Part shown: positions 8,954-18,280 of the stretch, piece after piece
How positions within the stretch are numbered: the first letter of the stretch is position 1
Layout of the letters: each line of letters begins with the position of its first letter
Origin: Candidatus Microgenomates bacterium
GTDB lineage: Bacteria > Patescibacteriota > Microgenomatia > UBA8517 > JACQJR01
Reading direction: 5' to 3'
NCBI GenBank assembly: GCA_016204995.1
Contig: JACQJR010000001.1
Span: 539,034 to 603,033 of the forward strand
DNA: 64,000 bases
Position numbers and translations under genes: made by a program
Notes under the pieces: generated by a model
What the model was told of the DNA's origin: nothing
Seen by the model: the letters and a program-made list of their open reading frames with translations, nothing else
Database searches by the model: none

Positions 8954-9933
8954 TGAAAATATTTATCACTCGCCGAATACCTGGTTCAGCCTTAGATAAA
9001 TTGAAAGAAGTTGGTGATGTTACCATTTCTCCTTACGATCGGCCGATTCAGCTGGAAGAGTTGATTGCCGGCGTAAGAGATGCTGATGCGCTGTTATGTT
9101 TACTGAACGATCATATTGACGCTAAAGTGATGGAGATGGCTCCAAATTTAAAAATTATTGCCAATTATGCCGTTGGTTTTGATAATGTGGATGTGGCCGC
9201 GGCTACCGAACGGGGCATTGTGGTAACGAATACCAGTTCGGATGAAGTTAGCGAAGCCGTAGCCGAATTTAGCTGGGCTTTAATTTTATCTTTATCCCGC
9301 CGTATTATTGAAGGCGATGAATTTGGCCGCAAAGGCGCTTATCAAGGTTGGGAGCCGGATTTATTTTTAGGTCGGGATGTTTATGGCAAAACTTTAGGTA
9401 TTGTCGGTTTGGGCAGGATTGGAGTAATGGTGGCTCGCAGAGCCCGCGGTTTTAAGATGAAAGTACTTTATAACAAACGAGAAAGAGATGAAAAAGCAGA
9501 ACAGGAATTAGGGGTAGAATTTCGCGATTTAGATAGCCTTTTAGCAGAAGCAGATTTTGTTACTTTACATGTGCCGTTAAGTAAGGAAACTCGCCATTTA
9601 ATTTCCGAAGCGCAACTGGCTAAAATGAGACCAACTTCATATTTAATTAATACCAGTCGGGGCGGAGTAGTAGATGAACATGCTTTAGTTAGCGCTTTAA
9701 AGTCGGGCAAAATTGCCGGAAGCGCCTTGGATGTTCACGAAAATGAGCCGGAAATGAATCCTGAACTTTTAATGATGGAAAATGTGATTTTGACTCCGCA
9801 TATGGCTTCAGCCACCGAAGAGGTCAGAGAAAAAATGACCAGCCAGGCAGTAGAAGCAATAGTTAAAACTTTAGCCGGCGAGAAACCAGAAAATTTAATT
9901 AATCCGGAGGTGTGGGAGAAGAGGAAGAAGTAA
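8953..9933 (+). CDS. D-isomer-specific 2-hydroxyacid dehydrogenase (glycerate dehydrogenase-like)
   Basis: GLGRIGVMVARRARGFKMKV NAD-binding motif, catalytic HxxxE region; ORF-track start 8905, but MKIFITRR at 8953 is the likely start. Confidence 0.8.
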   Translation: MKIFITRRIPGSALDKLKEVGDVTISPYDRPIQLEELIAGVRDADALLCLLNDHIDAKVMEMAPNLKIIANYAVGFDNVDVAAATERGIVVTNTSSDEVSEAVAEFSWALILSLSRRIIEGDEFGRKGAYQGWEPDLFLGRDVYGKTLGIVGLGRIGVMVARRARGFKMKVLYNKRERDEKAEQELGVEFRDLDSLLAEADFVTLHVPLSKETRHLISEAQLAKMRPTSYLINTSRGGVVDEHALVSALKSGKIAGSALDVHENEPEMNPELLMMENVILTPHMASATEEVREKMTSQAVEAIVKTLAGEKPENLINPEVWEKRKK

Positions 9934-9940
9934 AATATTG

Positions 9941-10010
9941 AGGTTAGATGTTAGAGCTTAGAAGTTAGAAATATTTACTCTCTAATCTCTAATTTCTAAA
10001 ATCTAATATC
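9941..10010. repeat. inverted simple-repeat element (ttagatgttagagcttagaagttagaaat ... ctctaatctctaatttctaaaatctaa)
   Basis: read directly; downstream of dehydrogenase gene; terminator-like. Confidence 0.65.
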
Positions 10011-10020
10011 AAAAAAACTT

Positions 10021-10287
10021 ATGTTTAGGTTGGGCAGAAAAAAAGTCATTGAAGAGCCGATGAGAATTTCTTCTTCCGGCGCAGCCGGACCGCGGTACAA
10101 ACAAAAGCAGCCACCGAAGCCTTGGGGTAAAAAAGAGAGAATGCTGATAGTTTTTATCTTACTGGCTACCTTAATCGCCGGCCTAACCTCTTGGTTAAGT
10201 AATGGCGGAGGTGTATCCATACCTAGCTTTTCCCTGCCGAATTTTTCCCTAGAAATTCCCTCCCAAACCGTGGAATTAGGTCGGTGA
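10021..10287 (+). CDS. hypothetical small membrane protein
   Basis: 88 aa; basic N-terminus then one TM helix (MLIVFILLATLIAGLTSWL). Confidence 0.3.
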   Translation: MFRLGRKKVIEEPMRISSSGAAGPRYKQKQPPKPWGKKERMLIVFILLATLIAGLTSWLSNGGGVSIPSFSLPNFSLEIPSQTVELGR

Positions 10288-12759
10288 AGGAGGGGGTGAA
10301 TTCTCTTCTTTAGGAGCCAGTTTGCAATAATTTTTAGGCTGGTTTTCTTCCAGAAAAAACTCGCGTTTGACTGGACAATTCTCGCAAGGTAACGTTCCGG
10401 TGATAGAGCAAATGGGAATTTCTACGATGCCGGCCGGTTTTCCCCAAGAGTGATTAGTTGCATCACGCAATAATTCTGCCATAATGTTGTGCCAAATAGG
10501 GGTGGCGCCGGAAATTCCCGAGGCCACATGCGACATTGGTGTATTATCGTTGTTGCCTACCCAAGCTAGGACCACGTAGTTTTGGGTGTAGCCAATAGCC
10601 CAGTTGTCGCGCAGATTTTGGGTGGTGCCGGTTTTAACTGCCACCTCGCTGTGATTGGGAATTACCAGCAAAGAACGAGGGCCAAAAACCGGAAGGCGGG
10701 CATTATTGTCGCTTAAAATACTGGTGATTAAGAAGGCAATGCGAGGATCTAAGACCTGCTCGTCGTCACAAGCGAAATTATCATCTGGAGATTGTGCGGC
10801 CAAAGCTTTTGGAATTATAAATTGAAAATTGCTTATTGTAAATTGAAAATTATTCTGGCACTTGTTTTCTTCCAGCACGCGGCCGTTGCTATCGGTAATT
10901 TTCAGAATAGGATTTAAGGCTACTTTTTGGCCATAATTGGCCAAGGTGCCAAACACCACGGCCATATCTACCATTTTGACTTCACCGCCGCCTAAAGTAA
11001 GGGATAAGCCAAAGCGGGAAGGATCGTCCCAGGTAGTGATACCCAATTTTTTACCTTGCTCTATCATTTTAACTACCCCATAAGAATTTAAAACTTTGAC
11101 CGCCGGAACATTAAGAGATGATCCCAAGGCGGTTCTTAAAGTAACATTGCCGCGAAATTTACTGTCATAATTGTGAGGCGTATAGGGGGTTTGGCCGGCT
11201 TGTGGATAACTAACCGGCGTGTCCTGTAAAATAGTGGCCGGCGTATAACCATGAGCCAGGGCGTAGGAATAATTAACTGGTTTGATAGAGGAGCCGGGTT
11301 GACGACTGGCAGTCGTCACATTAAAATTACCGCTTTTTTTAACATTAAAATAGTCGGTGGAGCCAACCATCGCTAAAATTTCGCCGCTGGCAGGACTGGT
11401 GACCATGGCCGCTCCATTTCCTACTCTTAAGTTAGCCAGTCTGCCAACTTCAAGGGAGACAATTTTTTGGGCTTTTTCCTGTAAGTCTAAATCTAAAGTG
11501 GTAGTGACTGTTAAACCTCCTTCTTCCACCAGGCGCTCCCCGTATTTTTCTGCCAGGAGTTGTCTGACATACATCACAAAATGAGGGGCCCGGATTTCTT
11601 GAACATTAAGAGCAAATGTTAGAGGTTCATTTTCTGCTGTCTGGGCTTGATTAGTGCTGATATATCCTTCCTGGACCATTCTGTCTAAGACTAACTTTTG
11701 TCGAGACCGGGCTAGATCTGGGTCAGAGCCAAAAGGAGAAAACTTGGTCGGAGCAGCTGGCAGGCCGGCAAGGAGAGTGCTTTGAGCCAGATCTAAATCA
11801 CGTGCGCTTTTTCCAAAGTAAAGTTGAGCCGCTTCTTCCACCCCATAAGCTGCCCCGCCATAAGAAACCTCATTTAAATACATGGTCAAAATTTCTTTTT
11901 TGGTAAATTTAAATTCAGTAAAGACCGCCAGAATTATTTCTTTGAATTTTCTGCCCCAGGTTTTTTCCGGTGAGAGCAGGGCATTTTTTACCAGTTGTTG
12001 AGTAATGGTGGAGCCGCCGGTTAATTCTCCCCGGGCAATATTCCTTTGGGCGGAACGGACAATACCTCGTAAAGAGAAACCGGGGTGGGAATAAAATTCG
12101 GCATCCTCAATGGCAATGGTGGCCTGCTGCAGATTATTAGGAATTTCTGCTAAATTCAAATTAGTGCGGTTTTGATTTCGGTAAATTTTAAATAATAATT
12201 TGCCATTCCTGTCTAAAATATGAGTGGTTAAGGGTCGGGGTTTAGCCACTAAATCTTCCGGATTGGGCAAGTCGCGTAGAATTGTCCACCAAAATAAAAA
12301 AGATAGCAAAAAGGCTCCCGCTAGGGCCACGCCGACCACTTTAGTTCTTCTTTTAATCACGAGTGGAGCAGTAGTAGTGTGGCGGGGAATAATTTTCTCG
12401 GCCCTTCGGGTCAGTTTGGTGCCGGCTCGGGGAATTTTGGCAATTTTAGCTTTAACTTTTTCCAAAAAATATAAGGGAGTAATAATAATTGGTTTTTTCC
12501 AGAAGATTAAAAATTTCCAAGAATATTTTTTGATTTTGAGAATGACAATTCTAGCTGCTAAAAAGAGAAAGAGAATAAAAAAGGGAATTCGGCGGATAAA
12601 TAATTGGCCAATTTGATAAAAAAGAACCAGTAGAAGGATAATGATTGACTCAACTATTAAATATAATGGATAGCCAATAAAGGAGAAAAACTTAGTTAAC
12701 AATCTGACTAGTTTTTTTGTTACCGGAATGCGTTTGTGTTTGCGGGAAGTTCTAGCCAT
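10276..12759 (-). CDS. penicillin-binding protein 1A family (bifunctional transglycosylase/transpeptidase)
   Basis: 827 aa; GT51 motifs ATIAIEDAEFYSHPG and GGSTITQQLVKN; transpeptidase SGSSIKP; carries an in-frame aaattgaaaatt tandem at ~10817-10853. Confidence 0.85.
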   Translation of the reverse strand: MARTSRKHKRIPVTKKLVRLLTKFFSFIGYPLYLIVESIIILLLVLFYQIGQLFIRRIPFFILFLFLAARIVILKIKKYSWKFLIFWKKPIIITPLYFLEKVKAKIAKIPRAGTKLTRRAEKIIPRHTTTAPLVIKRRTKVVGVALAGAFLLSFLFWWTILRDLPNPEDLVAKPRPLTTHILDRNGKLLFKIYRNQNRTNLNLAEIPNNLQQATIAIEDAEFYSHPGFSLRGIVRSAQRNIARGELTGGSTITQQLVKNALLSPEKTWGRKFKEIILAVFTEFKFTKKEILTMYLNEVSYGGAAYGVEEAAQLYFGKSARDLDLAQSTLLAGLPAAPTKFSPFGSDPDLARSRQKLVLDRMVQEGYISTNQAQTAENEPLTFALNVQEIRAPHFVMYVRQLLAEKYGERLVEEGGLTVTTTLDLDLQEKAQKIVSLEVGRLANLRVGNGAAMVTSPASGEILAMVGSTDYFNVKKSGNFNVTTASRQPGSSIKPVNYSYALAHGYTPATILQDTPVSYPQAGQTPYTPHNYDSKFRGNVTLRTALGSSLNVPAVKVLNSYGVVKMIEQGKKLGITTWDDPSRFGLSLTLGGGEVKMVDMAVVFGTLANYGQKVALNPILKITDSNGRVLEENKCQNNFQFTISNFQFIIPKALAAQSPDDNFACDDEQVLDPRIAFLITSILSDNNARLPVFGPRSLLVIPNHSEVAVKTGTTQNLRDNWAIGYTQNYVVLAWVGNNDNTPMSHVASGISGATPIWHNIMAELLRDATNHSWGKPAGIVEIPICSITGTLPCENCPVKREFFLEENQPKNYCKLAPKEENSPPPSPT

Positions 12760-12824
12760 AAAATTGCCGAGGGCTAGCTTTGGGGTATTGTATCAGAGAG
12801 TGCAAGAGGAGTTAAGGGGTAAAA

Positions 12825-15077
12825 TTACAATTCATCGGGATTGATGACGGTTGATTCGGTGGCTTCAGGAGTACCTTCAACAAGGGTGCAATCAAGACAA
12901 ACTTGGGTACCCAGAATATCGGTGACAATAGAATGTTCCTGCACTTCAATATTTTCCGGCGGAGTTTTACTGTTAGCCAGGCGGCCGGTCGTTTTATCAA
13001 TATTAACCTGGCGGCGCAAATTTTCCGTTTCGGTGGGGACAGTCCCTTCCAGGAAATATTCAAAGCGGGTGGCGCAGCCGGGATTATCCGGTTGGTCTGG
13101 ATTGGGCGGCAAGAGTCCGGATGGCGTACAGATATTAGCTCCGATAACGCCATCAGGTTGGCGAGACCAGGGATGACCGTGTTTGCCCGATGATTCGCCT
13201 AAATCGCGGACTTCACCTGCCTCAATTTTATCCAGGGTAAATTTCATAATTTTATTCCAAATGGGAGAGGCGCCGGAGACGCCAGAAACGGCGCCAGACA
13301 TAGGCGTATTATCATTATTACCCACCCAAGCGGCCACCACGGCGTCGCTATCATAGCCGATCGTCCAGTTGTCCCGCCGATCATTAGTAGTACCGGTTTT
13401 GGCTGACACTTCAGGGTGATTACCAAGAACCAGGTATGAGACGGGGCCAAAAGTGGGCTGGCGGGCGTTGTTATCATAGAGAATATGAGAAATTAGGAAG
13501 GTCACCTCTAAAGGTAAAACCCGATCACCGTCTACTACCTCGTGTTTTTGTAATATTTTTCCTTTGGCATCCTTAACTTCGCGGATACCAAATAAATCCT
13601 GTTTGATGCCGCCGTTAGCAAAAACGCCAAAAGTAACTGCCATATCCACCATTTTGACTTCGCCGCCGCCCAAAGTGAGTGATAAGCCATAGCGGGTGGG
13701 ATCGGTAATAGTAGTTAACCCCATTTTTTGGGCAAAAGGGACAAATTCATTCAAGGTGTTGAGGGTTAACATTTTAACGGCCGGTAAATTATAAGAGTTA
13801 CCTAGCGCAAAACGGAGCTGGACTGGGCCATGAAAGCTATGATCATAATTAATGGGACAGTAAAGCGGTTGACCCACTACTTGAAAACAAGTGGGAATGT
13901 CGGCAAATAAAGAAGCCGGTGTGACTTTATGGTTTAACAGGCCGAGGGCGTAATTAATTGGTTTAATAGAGGAGCCTGGCTGGCGGGGAGAGAGAGTGAC
14001 ATTAACTTGACCGTCTTCATCTTCGGCAAAATAATTTTTAGAGCCTACCATGGCTAAAATTTCGCCGGTTTTGGGATGGGTGACTAAAGCTGCGCCATTA
14101 CCCACTTTTTGCTTAGCCAGTCTGCCTACTTCTTTAGCGACAGTTTCTTCTGCTGTTTTTTGAATGTCTAAATCTAAAGTAGTGGTAACTTGGAGGCCTC
14201 CTTGTTCCACTAGTCTTTCTCCAAATTCCTCCACCAGTTGTTCTTTAATCCACAGGGCAAAATGGATACCGGCTGGAGTTTTATTGTCGGCTGACTTTCT
14301 AAAGCGCAAGGAAGTTTTAGTCGCCTCATCCGCTTGCTCGGCAGTTATATATTTATCCTCCACCATCCGCCGCAACACTGCCTGTTGCCGGTTCTTGGCC
14401 AGTTGAGGGTTGGCGCCAAAAGGAGAAAATTTAGTAGGCGCTGCTGGCAAACCAGCTAGCAGAGCCGCTTCTGATAAAGTTAAATCGCTGGCTGATTTGC
14501 CAAAATAGGTTTGCGAGGCTGACTCAATGCCGTAAGCAGTGCCCCCATAGGGGATTTGGTTTAAGTACATTTCTAAAATTTGGTCTTTGGAGAAGATTAA
14601 CTCGGCTACTAGGGTTAGTGATAATTCGCGAAATTTACGCCGTAAACTGCGCTCTGGAGTAAGCAGGGCTGTTTTGACTAATTGTTGAGTGATGGTAGAA
14701 CCGCCTTGTAATTTTTGGTTGAATATGGTGTTGCGAGCTGCCCGAATAATACCGGCAGGATCAACGCCAAAATGTTTATAAAAGTCTTTATCTTCAATCG
14801 CGATAGTGGCCTGTTTAACATAAGGAGGTAATTCAGATAAACTAATCGGCGTCCGCCTTTTTTCCGTAAAAATTTCATAAATGAGCTGGCCGTTTCTGTC
14901 TAAAATTTTGGTAGAGATAGGAAAATATTCGCTGGAGGTTAAATGAAAAATCAATCTCAAATCAGTGATAATGGTGAGTAGCAGGAGGGCGGCAACGACG
15001 GCGAGTATCGCCTTAAGTGGGTGAATGCGGGCAAAAGTGCGAAATCGCTGCCATCTGGCCTTTATTTTTTCTAGCAT
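12825..15077 (-). CDS. penicillin-binding protein 1A family, second paralog
   Basis: 750 aa; ATIAIEDKDFYKHFG, GGSTITQQLVKT, PGSSIKP. Confidence 0.85.
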   Translation of the reverse strand: MLEKIKARWQRFRTFARIHPLKAILAVVAALLLLTIITDLRLIFHLTSSEYFPISTKILDRNGQLIYEIFTEKRRTPISLSELPPYVKQATIAIEDKDFYKHFGVDPAGIIRAARNTIFNQKLQGGSTITQQLVKTALLTPERSLRRKFRELSLTLVAELIFSKDQILEMYLNQIPYGGTAYGIESASQTYFGKSASDLTLSEAALLAGLPAAPTKFSPFGANPQLAKNRQQAVLRRMVEDKYITAEQADEATKTSLRFRKSADNKTPAGIHFALWIKEQLVEEFGERLVEQGGLQVTTTLDLDIQKTAEETVAKEVGRLAKQKVGNGAALVTHPKTGEILAMVGSKNYFAEDEDGQVNVTLSPRQPGSSIKPINYALGLLNHKVTPASLFADIPTCFQVVGQPLYCPINYDHSFHGPVQLRFALGNSYNLPAVKMLTLNTLNEFVPFAQKMGLTTITDPTRYGLSLTLGGGEVKMVDMAVTFGVFANGGIKQDLFGIREVKDAKGKILQKHEVVDGDRVLPLEVTFLISHILYDNNARQPTFGPVSYLVLGNHPEVSAKTGTTNDRRDNWTIGYDSDAVVAAWVGNNDNTPMSGAVSGVSGASPIWNKIMKFTLDKIEAGEVRDLGESSGKHGHPWSRQPDGVIGANICTPSGLLPPNPDQPDNPGCATRFEYFLEGTVPTETENLRRQVNIDKTTGRLANSKTPPENIEVQEHSIVTDILGTQVCLDCTLVEGTPEATESTVINPDEL

Positions 15078-15103
15078 ATCTATATTATAACTGATATGAT
15101 TAA

Positions 15104-15586
15104 TTGATGAATGATATTACCCAAAAACCGTGGTGGAGTTATTTAGAGACTAGCCAACAAGATTTATTACTGCAGTCGCAAATGCTACTGGTTAACGAAA
15201 AGGTCCAGGAGAGGCATTTTACCGACTATTCTTTTATTGTTTTTCCCGCCGCTAAGGCTTACGAAGGGTTTTTAAAAAAATTATTTTTTGATTTAGGTTT
15301 TATTAACGAGGCAGTTTATCAAGGTGACAGATTTCGGATTGGCAAAGCTTTAAATCCCAGTTTAGAGAAAGAGTGGCGGCATGAAAGTATTTACGATAAA
15401 TTGGCTGATTTTTGTCAAGGCAGTAAGTTGCCGGATCAATTATGGCAGGCCTGGAAAAATTCCAGAAACAGCGTTTTTCATTTTTGGCCTAATCATCATA
15501 ATTTACTAAGTTTGGAAGAAGCAGAAGCACGAGTGGCAGAAATTATTGCGGCCATCTCGGCCGCATTTGCAGAATGCAAAATATGA
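15104..15586 (+). CDS. hypothetical protein with possible HEPN-like Rx4H motif
   Basis: 160 aa; RNSVFHFW near the C-terminal third fits Rx4-6H; no other recognisable signature. Confidence 0.35.
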   Translation: MMNDITQKPWWSYLETSQQDLLLQSQMLLVNEKVQERHFTDYSFIVFPAAKAYEGFLKKLFFDLGFINEAVYQGDRFRIGKALNPSLEKEWRHESIYDKLADFCQGSKLPDQLWQAWKNSRNSVFHFWPNHHNLLSLEEAEARVAEIIAAISAAFAECKI

Positions 15587-16239
15587 ATAAATTAAAACAT
15601 GCCATTTCTCTTTATGCTTTTATCTTCGTCGTTTGGGGATTTTATCGCTTGCTTTTTAAATTGCCGGAGGTTGTGGAAGAATTAATGCTGAAACTCTTGG
15701 TTTGGCTGGTTCCGCTTTACTGGGTGCTCGCGAAGGAGGGTGTAAGCTCGTCCGCCGAAGCGCTGAAGAGCGTAGGATGGACTAACAAGAATATTTTCAA
15801 AAGTATTTATCTGGCCATTGGTTTGGGAGTGTTATTTGCCGCTGAAGGCATGATTATAAATAGCGTCAAATACGGCGGCTCTTTTAATTTCTTGCAAATT
15901 TCTTTAAGCGGCGTGGCCTTGCTGGGTGCTTTGGGATTGTCGCTGGTAACGGCCATTTCCGAAGAAACAGTTTTCCGGGGTTTTATTTTTAGCCGGGTTT
16001 GGCAAGCCATGAATAATGAATGGAAGGCTAATATTCTAACCAGTATTGCCTGGTCGCTGGTACATCTGCCAATTACCATTTTTGTTTTTAAATATGATCC
16101 GGCGCAAATTGCCAGTTTTCTCCTTTTAACTTTTCTTTTTGGAGCCGCTTCCAGTTTTGTCTACGCCAGAACCGGCAATATTGCCTCTTCCGTCTTACTT
16201 CATGTCTTCTGGGAATGGCCGATCATTTTGTTTAGATGA
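15574..16239 (+). CDS. CPBP-family intramembrane metalloprotease (CAAX protease / Abi)
   Basis: 221 aa multi-TM; ISEETVFRGF (EExxxR), SLVHLP (FxxxH) and LLHVFW motifs. Confidence 0.7.
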   Translation: MQNMNKLKHAISLYAFIFVVWGFYRLLFKLPEVVEELMLKLLVWLVPLYWVLAKEGVSSSAEALKSVGWTNKNIFKSIYLAIGLGVLFAAEGMIINSVKYGGSFNFLQISLSGVALLGALGLSLVTAISEETVFRGFIFSRVWQAMNNEWKANILTSIAWSLVHLPITIFVFKYDPAQIASFLLLTFLFGAASSFVYARTGNIASSVLLHVFWEWPIILFR

Positions 16240-16248
16240 GGAGTAAAT

Positions 16249-16356
16249 ATGACTGAATTACAAGCTTTTTATTTAATTTCAGCAATAGTCCTGCTAGCCC
16301 TTTCTCTTTTGGCCGCGCCAACATTATGGAAGCGCTCTAAAAAAAGAAAAAAGTAA
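16249..16356 (+). CDS. 35-aa single-TM peptide with basic tail (MTELQAFYLISAIVLLALSLLAAPTLWKRSKKRKK)
   Basis: below ORF-track cutoff; read from sequence immediately after CPBP gene. Confidence 0.25.
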   Translation: MTELQAFYLISAIVLLALSLLAAPTLWKRSKKRKK

Positions 16357-16406
16357 CTTCAATTAAATTTGCTTACAGCTTCAAAAAGTGCTATAAATTT
16401 CCATAT

Positions 16407-16598
16407 ATGAATTGGCAAGAAAGGATAAGGGAAGTAGAAATAAGACGACAAGGAGAGGAAAGAGGGCGACTACAGCAACAGTTGGTAGAACGCCAGCGGA
16501 TAGATACCGAAAGAAATGCTATTTTACAACGCCTGGAAGTAGAGAAGTTATTAAAAGGTATAAGAGATGAAGTGTGGGGAGGAGCAGGGGGATGTTAA
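16407..16598 (+). CDS. hypothetical coiled-coil protein, probably N-terminal part of a frameshifted gene
   Basis: 63 aa charged helical; overlaps next ORF by 32 nt across a G5 run. Confidence 0.3.
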   Translation: MNWQERIREVEIRRQGEERGRLQQQLVERQRIDTERNAILQRLEVEKLLKGIRDEVWGGAGGC

Positions 16599-17007
16599 AC
16601 CTTTACCAGGTAGTTTGGGTTTTGAGTTAACTTTTCAATATAGGGATATAACGATGGCAGGTGGTAGTCCCCGCGATATTCCTTATGCTATAGTTGTTAC
16701 CAAACAGCTTTCTTTAGAAGTAAGGTTGGACTATTGTGAAATTGGTGGTAAATATATGCACGGCAGCCAAAAATTGTATGAATATATATCATCTGCTGGG
16801 TATTATTTAGATGTAGATGCAGATGATTTGTGTAGTTATGGGGGTGCGAAAAATCATAAGTTGATTAAAACTGTAGATCCCAAAGCAAAAGAATTATTGA
16901 TAGATACTCTGGCAGATTATTGCTATCAGCAACGTTTAGACGGAAAACGCCTTCACCAACTAGCTGTTGGGGGAGAGAAAAATATTAGAGCTAATGGTTT
17001 AAAATAG
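16567..17007 (+). CDS. hypothetical protein, probably C-terminal part of the same frameshifted gene
   Basis: 146 aa; +1 frame relative to 16407 ORF. Confidence 0.3.
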   Translation: MKCGEEQGDVKPLPGSLGFELTFQYRDITMAGGSPRDIPYAIVVTKQLSLEVRLDYCEIGGKYMHGSQKLYEYISSAGYYLDVDADDLCSYGGAKNHKLIKTVDPKAKELLIDTLADYCYQQRLDGKRLHQLAVGGEKNIRANGLK

Positions 17008-17011
17008 CAAT

Positions 17012-18211
17012 GTGGTTAGTCTCCTTAAAATAAGTTTACTGCTAACAGTTTTTGCGTTACCCCTAATTTCTCCTTTTAATGCTTTTGGTTATGAGAAAGC
17101 TAAAGTAATAGTATTTCTTTTTCTTAATAGTTTTAATTTATTGTTATGGGTGCTTGCTTTATGGAAATATCCCAAGAAGATAAAAATTAAGTGGAATAAC
17201 TTAAAACTGGCAGGGTTAGTTTTTATTATAATTTTATTCATTGCTTCTCTAAGTGGCGTTGATCTATTAACTAGCTTAGTCGGCCGCGAGCCATACTTTC
17301 AAGGATGGGTAGTCTACAGCTATCTATTTACTTTTTATTTAATGGTTTCTTCAATAAAAATTCCTCTAAAAAATTGGGCGACAGTTTTAATAACTTCGGC
17401 CACCATAGTTTCTCTGATTGCTATTAAAGATTGGTTGCTGGTTTTTTTATTAAATATAAATTTAGCTACTTATGCCGGCCGAGTCGGTTCTACTTTTGGC
17501 CAGCCAAATTTTTATGCAGGTTTTCTATTATTGGCTTTGCCATTTCTAACTTTCTTAAAAATAAATAAATTAGCAAAAATTTTAGCAGCACTTATTTTAG
17601 GAACGGGGATAATATTAAGCGGATCGCGAATTGCCATTTTATTTTTACCATTTCTACTTTATTTTTGGCTGGTAATTAGTTTAAAAATTAATTTCAAAAA
17701 AGCGATAAAGGTTTTAGGAATAGTGATCACACTATTAATAATAGCCACGGGAATTTATCTATTGCCTCGTTACTTAGAAGATAGTTTTGGCAAAACAAAA
17801 AATTGGTATGACAGTTATAGCCCAGAAAGAAGAGAATATATTTGGCTGGAAAGTATAAATTTAATTAAAGAGAAATTTGTTTTAGGATATGGTTTAGAAA
17901 ATTTAGCAACCGTGTTTGGTAAAAATTTAAAACCGGAAATTCCCAACGGATTTCCCACCCATATTTTAAATGACATTAAAAATTTAACAGTTAATAGGAC
18001 TCATAATTATTTATTGGACTTGGCAATTTTCAGCGGTATTGGTGGTGTAATTAGTTATTTGGTAATACTCTGGTTAATATTCAAAAGAGCAAGCCAAAAA
18101 TTATTATTAATTCCTTTAATAATATATTTAATTTGGGTCCAATTTCAAAATCAATCAATAGTTCATCTGCTTTATTTTTGGCTGTTAGTAGGATTAATTG
18201 ACTCCGATTGA
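17012..18211 (+). CDS. O-antigen ligase / Wzy_C-family membrane protein
   Basis: 399 aa, ~10 TM; ILSGSRIAILFLPF resembles the GSRxA motif region of the O-antigen ligase family. Confidence 0.45.
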   Translation: MVSLLKISLLLTVFALPLISPFNAFGYEKAKVIVFLFLNSFNLLLWVLALWKYPKKIKIKWNNLKLAGLVFIIILFIASLSGVDLLTSLVGREPYFQGWVVYSYLFTFYLMVSSIKIPLKNWATVLITSATIVSLIAIKDWLLVFLLNINLATYAGRVGSTFGQPNFYAGFLLLALPFLTFLKINKLAKILAALILGTGIILSGSRIAILFLPFLLYFWLVISLKINFKKAIKVLGIVITLLIIATGIYLLPRYLEDSFGKTKNWYDSYSPERREYIWLESINLIKEKFVLGYGLENLATVFGKNLKPEIPNGFPTHILNDIKNLTVNRTHNYLLDLAIFSGIGGVISYLVILWLIFKRASQKLLLIPLIIYLIWVQFQNQSIVHLLYFWLLVGLIDSD

Positions 18212-18219
18212 ATCGGAGT
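18201..18219. repeat. palindrome actccgattgaatcggagt (CCGATTNAATCGG family)
   Basis: read directly; overlaps stop codon of 17012-18211; sister sites at 37936-37952, 39791-39809, 61216-61243. Confidence 0.8.
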
Positions 18220-18243
18220 TGATTCTGAAACCCAAATTGGGTC

Positions 18244-18271
18244 TTGACATGCTGGGGGGGGGAGTTAAATA
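18244..18271 (+). promoter_or_regulatory. sigma70-like promoter TTGACA-16-TAAATA
   Basis: cttgacatgctgggggggggagttaaata upstream of 18281 ORF. Confidence 0.4.
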
Positions 18272-18280
18272 TAAAAAGAG

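Noticed and set aside
12812-13193. ORF-track reading frames antisense or overlapping inside the two PBP1A genes (12812-13153 minus, 12841-13176 plus, 12903-13193 plus, 11357-11584, 12224-12616, 14164-14406)
   Set aside because: They lie entirely inside long, well-supported PBP coding sequences on the opposite strand or an alternative frame, and they lack motifs or start contexts. They are treated as spurious.
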